A stretch of DNA of 64,000 nt, taken from assembly GCA_964529555.1 (NCBI GenBank), contig CAZGWV010000001.1, forward strand, positions 24,592 to 88,591, given 5' to 3'. The notes under the pieces were generated by a model. The model worked only from the letters and a program-made list of their open reading frames with translations. It ran no database searches and was not told the DNA's origin. Both the position numbers and the translations under genes were made by a program. Source of the stretch: an uncultured Rhizobium sp. GTDB taxonomy: Bacteria > Pseudomonadota > Alphaproteobacteria > Caulobacterales > Hyphomonadaceae. How positions within the stretch are numbered: position 1 is the first letter of the stretch; each line of letters starts with the position of its first letter. Below, piece by piece: positions 28,620-36,968 of this stretch.

Positions 28620-31600
28620 ATGTCGTGGGCAGGTCGTGTGCTTGCGCTAACTGTGATCGCTATGCTGCTTTTGCCGATCTCCGCGCTTGCGCAGCAGGTT
28701 TCCGCTCCTCCCAACATCCAGCTCTTTGATGAGAACGGTGTGAGCCTGTCGAGCCCGCACATCCGAGTCCCCGAACCGGGGGTTGCTGTCGGCGTGGAAG
28801 GAGCCGGCGGCCTTTCATTTCAGAGAACGCGCCCCCTCAAGCAGGCAGCGTTTCCTGGCGGCATTGCGCCGCCGAGTGTGACGTGGATCACGAGCAACCT
28901 AGCTGGGTACGTCACGCTTCCAGACCCCACACCTTGGAAGCCTGAGATTGCTGGGATCTCGATCGTGTATGGAGGAGCAAGCGCGTCCTTCGCGCCGTCA
29001 GCGGACAACATAACCCCAATCAATCCAGGTCCCGCTCGCGATGGAAGCAAGTTGGAGCTGATATCCGGCAAGTACATCTTCACGGCTGCCGATGGCACGA
29101 AGGTAACTTTTGATACTGCAATCAATTGTCTTACGGGATGGCGTGGAGCTGACTGGACCGATCACATGGCGATGTACGGTCTAAACCCAGCACTTACAAA
29201 ATTCGGAGCTTCAATCACAAAAGTCGAGAAGCCCGACGGCGAGGTCATTGAGTGGCACTATGTTGAGGCAGGCCCAGTTGCAAGCGAGGCATGCGGCAAA
29301 GGTCAACGGTTGCAATCTGTGACCAACAATCTGGGGTATCAGATACACTTCAAATACCAGGCTGACTCGATCTCCGACTATAATAATTGGTCTTCAAATT
29401 GGGGGAGTATTGAGAAGGTTACGGCAATAGACAATTCAGTCTACGCCTGCGCTCCCACTGCGAATTCATGTTCCGACACGGGTGGAGGAAGCGCCTGGCC
29501 CACAATCACCTACGGCGCAGAGTCCGGCGGGACGACCTATACCATTGTCGATCGGCTGGGAAACGCCACCAGGTATATCTATGCGCGACAGGTCGGAATA
29601 TACATCGACATGCTCGATCTGGTTGCAGTTCGCAGCCCCGCAAATGGAGCAGTCAACGACATCACGCTATCTCGTACCATCACCGGTTCGGCAGGTTCCG
29701 TATCATTTGCAACGGCGTCGGGTACCTGGAGTTATGGCTATTCCGGGCCTATTCCAACAAGCCCGCCCTTCAGTGTGACGTCTGTTACTGGCCCGAACGG
29801 ATATACGCGGCAACTAACCCTTTATCCCACCAGTTTCGGCTCGCTGGTGGGACAGGATCTGGTGAACGGCTACCAGATGGACTACCTGCATGATGGGCAG
29901 GGGCGCATGACGCGCGCTACCTACCCGGACGGTCGTGTGTCGCACTTCGAGTACGATGTTCGGCGCAACGTTACTCGCGTCCGACATGTCGCCAAGCCGG
30001 GATCAGGTCTTGCTGACATCAATACTTACGCGACCTACCCCGAAAGCGGCAACACGGTCTGCACGAACCCCAAGACGTGCAACAAGCCGCTGACTACCAC
30101 GGATGCCCGCGGGTTTGTGACGACCTACACCTATGACTCTGGCCATGGCGGCGTGCTTACAGAAACGAAGCCTGCGCCTGGCTCCGGGCCCTATGCGTCG
30201 ATCCAGCCGCAAACGCGCTACACTTACGCTGTGTCGGGCGGGGTCACGCGCGTTGCGACAGTCAAGTCCTGCCGGACGGCTGCGTCTTGCGCGGGAACGG
30301 CGGACGAGACCGTTGTTGAGACGACCTACAATGCAAAGCGCCTTCCTTCGCTGGTCGTGACCCGTGCGGGCAACAACGCAACGGCTTACACCGCCACCAA
30401 CTCGCGTGTGTCCACTACCTACACTCCCCAGGGCGACATAGAGAGCGTGGACGGACCGCTGAATGGAACGGCGGACAAGGTCTGGAACTACTACGACACG
30501 GTGCGCCGGCTCCGCGTGACGGTAGCTCCTGACCCGGATGCTGGCGGGTCACTGCAGTATCGCGCCTCGCGCACGACTTACGATGCCGATGGCAATCCGA
30601 CCATGGTTGAACAGGGCAGCGTGTCCGCCCCAGCGAACTGCTCGGCGGCCAACAATTTCTGCGCATCGACGATGACCGTTCTGGCGAGATCGACGGCTGT
30701 CTACGACAGCTTCGGCCGGAAGGTGCGTGGGAATGTCATCAACATCGCAACCGGTCAGCCCGAGGCGGTGACGCAGGTGAGCTATGACGCCGCCGGCCGC
30801 GTGGAGTGTACCGCCACCCGCATGAACCCTGCGGTCTACGGCTCGCTGCCAGCCGCCTGTACGCAAAGCACCGCAGGTTCCTTCGGAGCGGACCAGATCG
30901 TTCGCACGACCTATACGGCTAATGGCGATCCCCTGGTGATCCAGTCGGGCTATGGGACGCCTCTGGTGCGCAATGAGCGGACATTCACCTATCTGGCGCC
31001 AGGCCAGACCGGCACAGTCAAGGACGCGGCCAACAACCTCACCACTTACGAGTTTGATGGGTTCAACCGGGCGAAGAAGGTGCGCTATCCGTCTCTGACG
31101 GCAGGGGCGGGGACAAGCTCCACGACCGACTACGAGGAATACGGCTACGACGCTGCTGGTAACCTGACGTCCGAGCGTCGGCGCGATGGGGCCATGATCT
31201 ACAATGGCTACGACAACCTTAATCGCCTGATCACTAAGGGCGGCTCGACGATCGCGGATGTAACGAATGGCTACGACAATTTCAGCAATCTGATCTCTTC
31301 CAGCCACGCGCTTGCGGCGGTCTCCTGGACCTACGATGCGTTGGGGCGCGTGCTGACCGAGGCCCAGCCCAATGGCACTGTATCCTACGCCTACGACACG
31401 GCGGGCCGTCGCACGCAGCTGACTTATCCCGGTTCGGGGTTCTACACGAACTATCAGTATTTCGACGATGGACGTCTCAAGCTCATCGGGCTCAACGGCG
31501 CGACCACCGGCTCGGATGTGCTGGCGACGTATTACGACGATCAACTGGGACGGCGCGCCTCGATGTGCCGGGGAACGGGAACGAGTTCGTCCTGCTCCAG

Positions 31601-33002
31601 CGTGGCGCGGACGGCGTGGAGCTATGACGCCGTTTCCCGGCTGTCGGGCCTGAGCCATGATCTTGTGACCGGCGGCGCCACATACGATCTGTCGCGAACG
31701 TTCAGCTATAGCCCAGCCAGCCAGCTCGTCACGCGCACGGCGGCGACGGCGCTTTATGAGTGGGCTTACGGAGCGACGTTCTCCGATGCCTATGTCGCCA
31801 ACGGCCTCAACCAGTATACCTCGGTGGCGGGTGTGGGGCTCACCTATGACGGCCGCGGCAACACCACCAACGACGCGACCAAGGGCTATTCCTACGATGG
31901 CCTCAACCGCCTGACGTCAGCCACGAATGGGGCCAGCCTCGCTTACGATCCCACCGGCCGCCTTATGTCGGTCACCCTTGGCGGGACGACGACAAAGTTC
32001 CTCTATGACGGAACGCGGATGATCGCGGAGTACAACGGGTCCAACAGTCTGCTGCGCCGCTATGTGCATGGCGATGGCGTGGATGATCCGATCGTGTGGT
32101 ACGACAGCTCCGGCACGACCAACAAGCGCAACCTGTTCAAGGACGAACGCGGCTCGGTCGTCGCCGCCGACACGGGCTCATCCGTGACCACCATCAAGTA
32201 CGACGAATACGGCAACCCCAGTGTCACCGGCTCAACCGTTCCGCGGTTCCAGTACACCGGCCAAGCCTGGCTCTCGGAGATCGGGCTCTACTACTACAAG
32301 GCCCGCATCTACAATCCCGACCTCGGACGGTTCATGCAGATCGATCCTATCGGCTACAAGGACCAGATGAACCTCTATGCCTACGTCGGGAATGATCCGA
32401 TGGGGCGCAGCGATCCCACCGGTCTGTACGGCAGCGGCTGCGAGGGCTTCATGCAGCGCGGTGGAAGTGCGTGCTATGACTACAGTGGCGGGTGGGATGG
32501 CAGAGCCGAACGAAGCACTTCGGTGACCCCCGCGCCGCCAGGCTCCCCAATCCATGAGCCGGGGTATCCTAGCAACGGAGGTCCACCGATCGAGGACCCT
32601 CCTTTTGGCGAGCCAGCAATCGATGTTCCGTGGCTCAAGTTGATTGCGAGGGGAACAGCCCTGGCGATCATTTGGGAAATAATTGATCGGCCCGGGGGAA
32701 GGGACACCGTACCAAAGGATACGGTAGTCATTGGCAGGGGCCAAGACGTGCTGAATTTCCGATTGAGTGAAAACGAATTCAGTTTGATGAACAAGATGGG
32801 AGATTATGGTGCCGCTGCGAATATGGAGGTCAATCGGACGGTCTTTAGTGCGCTTTTACAAAGAGGAGTTAGTGTCAGAGATATCTCGCCTGGAACAGCT
32901 CCGGCAGGCTCGTTTCTAGCCATGGAACGAGAGCTCTTGCAGCAGTTTGGATACGTTCGAGAGGCGCCCGGCAAGCCGTTTTGGCGCCCCTCCTACCGGT
33001 AA
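28620..33002 (+). CDS. Rhs-family polymorphic toxin B, full length with Sec signal peptide
   Basis: Tracked ORF trimmed to the ATG at 28620 (MSWAGRVLALTVIAMLLLPISALA/QQ). ~1460 aa with YD repeats and long runs of residues identical to Rhs A. Core end GNDPMGRSDPTG, then a 192-aa unique tip (32424-33002). Confidence 0.9.
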   Translation: MSWAGRVLALTVIAMLLLPISALAQQVSAPPNIQLFDENGVSLSSPHIRVPEPGVAVGVEGAGGLSFQRTRPLKQAAFPGGIAPPSVTWITSNLAGYVTLPDPTPWKPEIAGISIVYGGASASFAPSADNITPINPGPARDGSKLELISGKYIFTAADGTKVTFDTAINCLTGWRGADWTDHMAMYGLNPALTKFGASITKVEKPDGEVIEWHYVEAGPVASEACGKGQRLQSVTNNLGYQIHFKYQADSISDYNNWSSNWGSIEKVTAIDNSVYACAPTANSCSDTGGGSAWPTITYGAESGGTTYTIVDRLGNATRYIYARQVGIYIDMLDLVAVRSPANGAVNDITLSRTITGSAGSVSFATASGTWSYGYSGPIPTSPPFSVTSVTGPNGYTRQLTLYPTSFGSLVGQDLVNGYQMDYLHDGQGRMTRATYPDGRVSHFEYDVRRNVTRVRHVAKPGSGLADINTYATYPESGNTVCTNPKTCNKPLTTTDARGFVTTYTYDSGHGGVLTETKPAPGSGPYASIQPQTRYTYAVSGGVTRVATVKSCRTAASCAGTADETVVETTYNAKRLPSLVVTRAGNNATAYTATNSRVSTTYTPQGDIESVDGPLNGTADKVWNYYDTVRRLRVTVAPDPDAGGSLQYRASRTTYDADGNPTMVEQGSVSAPANCSAANNFCASTMTVLARSTAVYDSFGRKVRGNVINIATGQPEAVTQVSYDAAGRVECTATRMNPAVYGSLPAACTQSTAGSFGADQIVRTTYTANGDPLVIQSGYGTPLVRNERTFTYLAPGQTGTVKDAANNLTTYEFDGFNRAKKVRYPSLTAGAGTSSTTDYEEYGYDAAGNLTSERRRDGAMIYNGYDNLNRLITKGGSTIADVTNGYDNFSNLISSSHALAAVSWTYDALGRVLTEAQPNGTVSYAYDTAGRRTQLTYPGSGFYTNYQYFDDGRLKLIGLNGATTGSDVLATYYDDQLGRRASMCRGTGTSSSCSSVARTAWSYDAVSRLSGLSHDLVTGGATYDLSRTFSYSPASQLVTRTAATALYEWAYGATFSDAYVANGLNQYTSVAGVGLTYDGRGNTTNDATKGYSYDGLNRLTSATNGASLAYDPTGRLMSVTLGGTTTKFLYDGTRMIAEYNGSNSLLRRYVHGDGVDDPIVWYDSSGTTNKRNLFKDERGSVVAADTGSSVTTIKYDEYGNPSVTGSTVPRFQYTGQAWLSEIGLYYYKARIYNPDLGRFMQIDPIGYKDQMNLYAYVGNDPMGRSDPTGLYGSGCEGFMQRGGSACYDYSGGWDGRAERSTSVTPAPPGSPIHEPGYPSNGGPPIEDPPFGEPAIDVPWLKLIARGTALAIIWEIIDRPGGRDTVPKDTVVIGRGQDVLNFRLSENEFSLMNKMGDYGAAANMEVNRTVFSALLQRGVSVRDISPGTAPAGSFLAMERELLQQFGYVREAPGKPFWRPSYR
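31592..32390. repeat. Direct repeat copy 1 (Rhs B core 3' part), ~90-plus % identical to 33564-34362
   Basis: Same sequence at an offset of 1972 nt, starting ctgctccagcgtggcgcggacggcgtggagctatgac. Scattered mismatches. Ends near the DPxG core-end motif. Confidence 0.8.
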
Positions 33003-33007
33003 GCGAC

Positions 33008-33400
33008 ATGATGCAATACCCTTTTTTCACAAATTTTGCGGACACCGTCCGAGGTGTATTTTCATATTTGAAAGATTATAATTTTGTAGAAACCGCCGCG
33101 GATGAACGCAGAATAATTTATTCGAAGGCCAATTGGGTTATTTCTGTTTATTTTGTGCCGTTTGAGTACGAAATAAGCTTGTGCATTGCTTATTCCGAGG
33201 CGTGCTTTGAGATCTATTCTTTTATTGAGGCGCTTGACCCGGAAGAATTTGCAAAAACCTATGTCCTAACTGCACAGAATGACGACGAGCTACAAAGTTC
33301 GCTGGAGTCCTTGTCAAGCAGATTGCTAAAATTTGGGGCGAGAGCGCTCGACGGAGATCCAACAATTATGGAGTTTGTAGCTAAGGAGCTGTCAGGCTAA
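33008..33400 (+). CDS. Putative immunity protein for Rhs B
   Basis: ATG at 33008, 6 nt after the Rhs B stop (the tracked start 32981 overlaps it). Strongly AT-rich relative to flanks. 130 aa, no signal peptide. Positional inference. Confidence 0.5.
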   Translation: MMQYPFFTNFADTVRGVFSYLKDYNFVETAADERRIIYSKANWVISVYFVPFEYEISLCIAYSEACFEIYSFIEALDPEEFAKTYVLTAQNDDELQSSLESLSSRLLKFGARALDGDPTIMEFVAKELSG

Positions 33401-33440
33401 CGCGGTATACGAATTGGAGGGACTGTTATTTATGCACGGC

Positions 33441-33563
33441 CTGGAGAGGGTGATGGCCGGCCCCCATCGGCGCGTCCGGTGTCAATGTTAGTGCATTGAG
33501 GCCTCCCATTTCTGCAGACACGATGCGGCGAGCTGGCCAGGCGGGGATGACGATGGCCTCCGG
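33441..33563. mobile_element. IS3-family terminal fragment (IR-like end plus ~110 bp) abutting the orphan rhs of locus B
   Basis: tgatggccggcccccatcggcgcgtccggtgtcaatgttagtgcattgaggcctccc... aligns at ~85% identity with 35650-35760, the end of the IS3-family transposase remnant. Homology stops exactly where rhs homology starts (33564). Confidence 0.55.
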
Positions 33564-35010
33564 CTGCTCCAGCGTGGCGCGGACGGCGTGGAGCTATGAC
33601 GCCGTTTCCCGGCTGTCGGGCCTGAGCCATGATCTTGTGACCGGCGGCGCCACATACGATCTGTCGCGAACGTTCAGCTATAGCCCGGCCAGCCAGCTCG
33701 TCACGCGCACGGCGGCGACGGCGCTTTATGAGTGGCCCTATACCGCGACGTTCACCGACGCCTATGTCGCCAACGGTCTCAACCAGTATACCTCGGTGGC
33801 GGGTGTGGGGCTGACCTATGACGGTCGCGGCAACACCACCAACGACACGACCAAGGGCTACTCCTACGACGGTCTCAACCGCCTGACGTCGGCAACAAAC
33901 GGGGCCAGCCTCGCTTACGATCCCACCGGCCGCCTGATGTCGGTCACTTTGAGCGGGACGACGACCAAGTTCCTCTATGACGGAACGCGGTTGATCGCGG
34001 AGTACAATGGGTCCAACAGTCTGCTGCGCCGCTATGTGCATGGCGATGGCGTCGATGATCCCATCGTGTGGTATGGAAGCGCTGGAACGACCAACAAGCG
34101 CAACCTGTTCAAGGATGAGCGCGGCTCGGTCATCGCCGCCGACACGGGCTCATCCGTGACCACCCTCAAATACGATGAGTATGGCAACCCCAGTGTCACC
34201 GGCTCCACCGTTCCGCGGTTCCAGTACACCGGCCAAGCGTGGCTCTCGGAGATCGGGCTCTACCATTACAAAGCCCGCATCTACAATCCGGACCTTGGAC
34301 GGTTCATGCAGACAGACCCTATTGGCACAAACGACCAAATGAATATCTACGCCTACGTGGGGAATGATCCGATGGGGCTAGTTGACCCAACGGGACTTCA
34401 CAAAATATGTGGGGAAATGACGAGCGAAGGGATTCTCCCTTGCGTGTTTGTGGATGCCGACGGCGATGGCAGTGTCACGGACGATGATCTGACCAGTGAT
34501 CAAGCAAGTGCATTTGCTAAGAGTTTTGCGAATTTTATTCGCGACAATGCTGGGGCAAATCTGCGCAGATCGGGGTTGCAAGTTGTAGATCGGACCCAGA
34601 GCAACGGCGACTTGGCGAAAATGTTGCGAGTAAGCAGCCAGTTCGTCGGAGCTGCAAGAGATGGCGGTTGGGGGAGCCGAAGAACGAACGCCATCATAAC
34701 TATCGAATCAAAGGCAGCCTTTGAGGAGGTGGGCATGGGGGGCGCGCCAGAACATGTCTTGCTCCATTGGAATGACTACGACAAGTACGTGGACGAGTAT
34801 CGGTTTAGTGTCGGCTTTAGGGACCACTTGCTTATGCCTGGCAATGCAGCGCGCGCGATCATACACGCAGACCTGCATAACGAATGGGGAAAAGGTAGTG
34901 ATGAAAAATGGCGTCATTTCCGACTCGATCATGAAGCAAAATTACGTTTGAGAGACTACGGCCTCGCGAACGGCGGCTGCACTGGAGCGGGCGGATTCAC
35001 GGGATGCTGA
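33496..35010 (+). CDS. Orphan Rhs C-terminal cassette, locus B (start codons supplied by IS-derived sequence)
   Basis: 504 aa. From residue ~24 (SSVARTAWSYDAVSRLSGLSHD...) it parallels Rhs B. Core end GNDPMGLVDPTG, then a unique 204-aa tip (34396-35010). It has no signal peptide or N-terminal domain. Confidence 0.8.
   Translation: MRPPISADTMRRAGQAGMTMASGCSSVARTAWSYDAVSRLSGLSHDLVTGGATYDLSRTFSYSPASQLVTRTAATALYEWPYTATFTDAYVANGLNQYTSVAGVGLTYDGRGNTTNDTTKGYSYDGLNRLTSATNGASLAYDPTGRLMSVTLSGTTTKFLYDGTRLIAEYNGSNSLLRRYVHGDGVDDPIVWYGSAGTTNKRNLFKDERGSVIAADTGSSVTTLKYDEYGNPSVTGSTVPRFQYTGQAWLSEIGLYHYKARIYNPDLGRFMQTDPIGTNDQMNIYAYVGNDPMGLVDPTGLHKICGEMTSEGILPCVFVDADGDGSVTDDDLTSDQASAFAKSFANFIRDNAGANLRRSGLQVVDRTQSNGDLAKMLRVSSQFVGAARDGGWGSRRTNAIITIESKAAFEEVGMGGAPEHVLLHWNDYDKYVDEYRFSVGFRDHLLMPGNAARAIIHADLHNEWGKGSDEKWRHFRLDHEAKLRLRDYGLANGGCTGAGGFTGC
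33564..34362. repeat. Direct repeat copy 2 (orphan rhs B)
   Basis: See 31592-32390. Confidence 0.8.
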
Positions 35011-35534
35011 AATCTTTCCTGCATTACATTTTCGCTTCTTCCATCGCGTGGCTTTCGGCTTGCGAAACTCCTGACGTGCAAAAAGTGGAATATTGCCAAT
35101 CGGATAATTCGCCGAGCGATGTGGGTCGAACGTACAAGCGAATTTTTTTTCTCGATTTGGACTCAGTAGGTGGCAGCGACCTACTAATGCCATATGTTCC
35201 GATTGAACTGACGGATGGGCAAGCGATCACTTCCCCATATCCAATTTATCTTCCCCGGGCTGGAGCCTCTCTGACGGCGGGAATTAAGAGTGTTGAAGAG
35301 GTAGATTTTTCTTTCGAACAGATCTCCGCCAAAGACAATCTTTGGTATGTTGAAGCAAAATTTCGCGATTTGGACTCGTCGGTTTTCCATCGGGAAAGCG
35401 TTGTCTACATTTATTCAACTACTGAAGGAATACTATTTTTCAAAGCGGTCACTACATTTCTTCCCGACGGCCAATTGATAAGCCATAGCTTTCGTCGTTG
35501 CGACGAGCGGGTTCCTGGGCTTCGATCTTTCTGA
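35004..35534 (+). CDS. Putative immunity lipoprotein for orphan rhs-CT B
   Basis: 176 aa. The ATG overlaps the orphan stop (ATGCTGA). Lipobox ...IAWLSAC/E. AT-rich. Positional inference. Confidence 0.5.
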   Translation: MLKSFLHYIFASSIAWLSACETPDVQKVEYCQSDNSPSDVGRTYKRIFFLDLDSVGGSDLLMPYVPIELTDGQAITSPYPIYLPRAGASLTAGIKSVEEVDFSFEQISAKDNLWYVEAKFRDLDSSVFHRESVVYIYSTTEGILFFKAVTTFLPDGQLISHSFRRCDERVPGLRSF

Positions 35535-35595
35535 ACGGGGCAGTGGGGCTGACGACGAGATTGCCAGGTTAACCGGAACTTTTGATCCGCCGCCT

Positions 35596-35925
35596 TCAAA
35601 TGCGTCCAGCTGTGAAGTTATGTTGGACTGGATTTTGGAGGATTGACATTGACCGGCCCCCATCAGCGCGCCCGGTGTCAACGTTAGTGCATTGAGGCCT
35701 CCATTTCTTCTGCAGGCGCGCGCCTGCGAGGCGGCCAAGCGGGATGACGATGGTCTCCGGCGCAGGCGGTTGCCATCTCAGCGAGCTATGTGGACGCACC
35801 GCATTGTAGTGGCGTCGCCAGGAGCCGATCAGCACCTGCGCCTCCTTCAGGCTGTAAAAGATCTCGATGTTCAGCAACTCGTCGCGCAACTTGCCGTTGA
35901 AGCTTTCGACGTAGCCATTCTCCCA
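35596..35925 (-). mobile_element. IS3-family transposase (OrfB) 3' remnant with terminal IR-like sequence
   Basis: Translation ...LNGKLRDELLNIEIFYSLKEAQVLIGSWRRHYNAVRPHSSL..PPAPE is the conserved C-terminus of IS3-family DDE integrases. TGACCGGCCCCCATC at 35650 resembles an IS407-group IR. The 5' part of the gene is cut off at ~35925 by IS66-type sequence. Confidence 0.75.
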
Positions 35926-36031
35926 TGGTAACCGTCCGGTCTGAGCGACCTTACGGTGGCGGGGATAAGGGTCATTCTGGATGGATCGGGGCGGATCGTG
36001 TCCGCTTGTCTATCGTGGACGCGATCCCACC

Positions 36032-36355
36032 ATGTCCGACCATAAGCCCGTCAGGGTGCGCCGCAGCTACTCCTGTGCGTTCAAGCGTCAGCTGGTCGCC
36101 GAGACCCGTGAGCCAGGCATCTCGATTGCGGCTGTTGCGAGACGGCATGGGATCAACGCCAACGTGGTGTTCGGTTGGCTTCGCGATCCACGTCTTGGCG
36201 GCAACGTTGCGCCCGTGGAGTTCTTGCCGGTCGCCACAAGCCCCCCCCCCCCCATGATGGCGCCCAGCCCGGAGAAGTGGCCGGCCCCGCTGGGCCTGAC
36301 CGTCGAGTTTCCCGGAGGCGTGCGCGTCCATTGCATCCGGCGAAGGCGACCTTGA
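36032..36355 (+). pseudogene. IS66-family TnpA (accessory protein), C-terminally aberrant
   Basis: MSDHKPVRVRRSYSCAFKRQLVAETREPGISIAAVARRHGINANVVFGWLRD...FLPV...GGVRV matches IS66 orfA proteins. A GTAACCGTCCGG... IS66-like IR at ~35927 precedes it. It contains a C13 homopolymer (36241-36253) and ends prematurely in ...HCIRRRRP. Confidence 0.7.
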
Positions 36356-36360
36356 CGGTT

Positions 36361-36543
36361 CAGGCGCCACGGTTCCACGGCAACAGATCGTCGATCCTGT
36401 TGGCGGGATGATCCGCGATGCTGCTTATGACATTGGCGAGCCAGGCCTGCGGATCGACTGCGTTGAGCTTGGTGGTCTCGATCAGGGTGTAGCCGATGGC
36501 TGCGGTCTGTCCCCCGCCTTCAGAACCGGCGAAGCGCGGCCGG
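36361..36543 (-). mobile_element. IS66-family transposase (TnpC) C-terminal fragment
   Basis: My minus-strand translation RFAGSEGGGQTAAIGYTLIETTKLNAVDPQAWLANVISSIADHPANRIDDLLPWNRGA* is the conserved IS66 TnpC tail. An in-frame TGA lies immediately upstream, so only ~60 codons remain. It is in inverted orientation relative to the tnpA remnant. Confidence 0.65.
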
Positions 36544-36627
36544 CGAAGTCAAGTTCGCTACCAGACAGCGCGCCCCGGAAAAAACCCCATAGCCTACCGT
36601 GGCCCAGACGCTTTCGGGAGCAATCAG

Positions 36628-36963
36628 CTATTGCGTGGGTCCGGCTGAAAGCCGCGTCGCCTTGTCCATCGAGCTCTCAAGACGCCGGACCTCTCTGCCG
36701 TTGCCGGTGGCGGCAAACTTGCTCGACCATCTATCGCCAACGCGTGCGATCTCGCGTGTTTGGCTGTGGATCACAACCCATCGGCAAGTCTCTTTCCCTG
36801 TCGTCTCGCGTGAGCAGGATTTTCCTTTGGTCCAAGGCGCCACGATCTTGCCGGAAGCATCCATGACGATCTCCATTGCAGGCGTGGGCGATGGCTTGGC
36901 TTGAGGTTGGGCGAGGGCGGGGAGACCGAGGACGGCGACCAGGGCGATACTGATGTGTTTCAT
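36628..36963 (-). CDS. Small secreted two-Cys protein, copy C
   Basis: Start taken at the ATG at 36963 (MKHISIALVAVLGLPALA/QPQ), 5 nt after the stop of the YD/cadherin gene. Family motif ...EIVMDASGKIVAPWTKGKSCSRETTGKETCRWVVIHSQTREIARVGDRWSSKFAATGNGREV. Confidence 0.7.
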   Translation of the reverse strand: MKHISIALVAVLGLPALAQPQAKPSPTPAMEIVMDASGKIVAPWTKGKSCSRETTGKETCRWVVIHSQTREIARVGDRWSSKFAATGNGREVRRLESSMDKATRLSAGPTQ

Positions 36964-36968
36964 GACGC

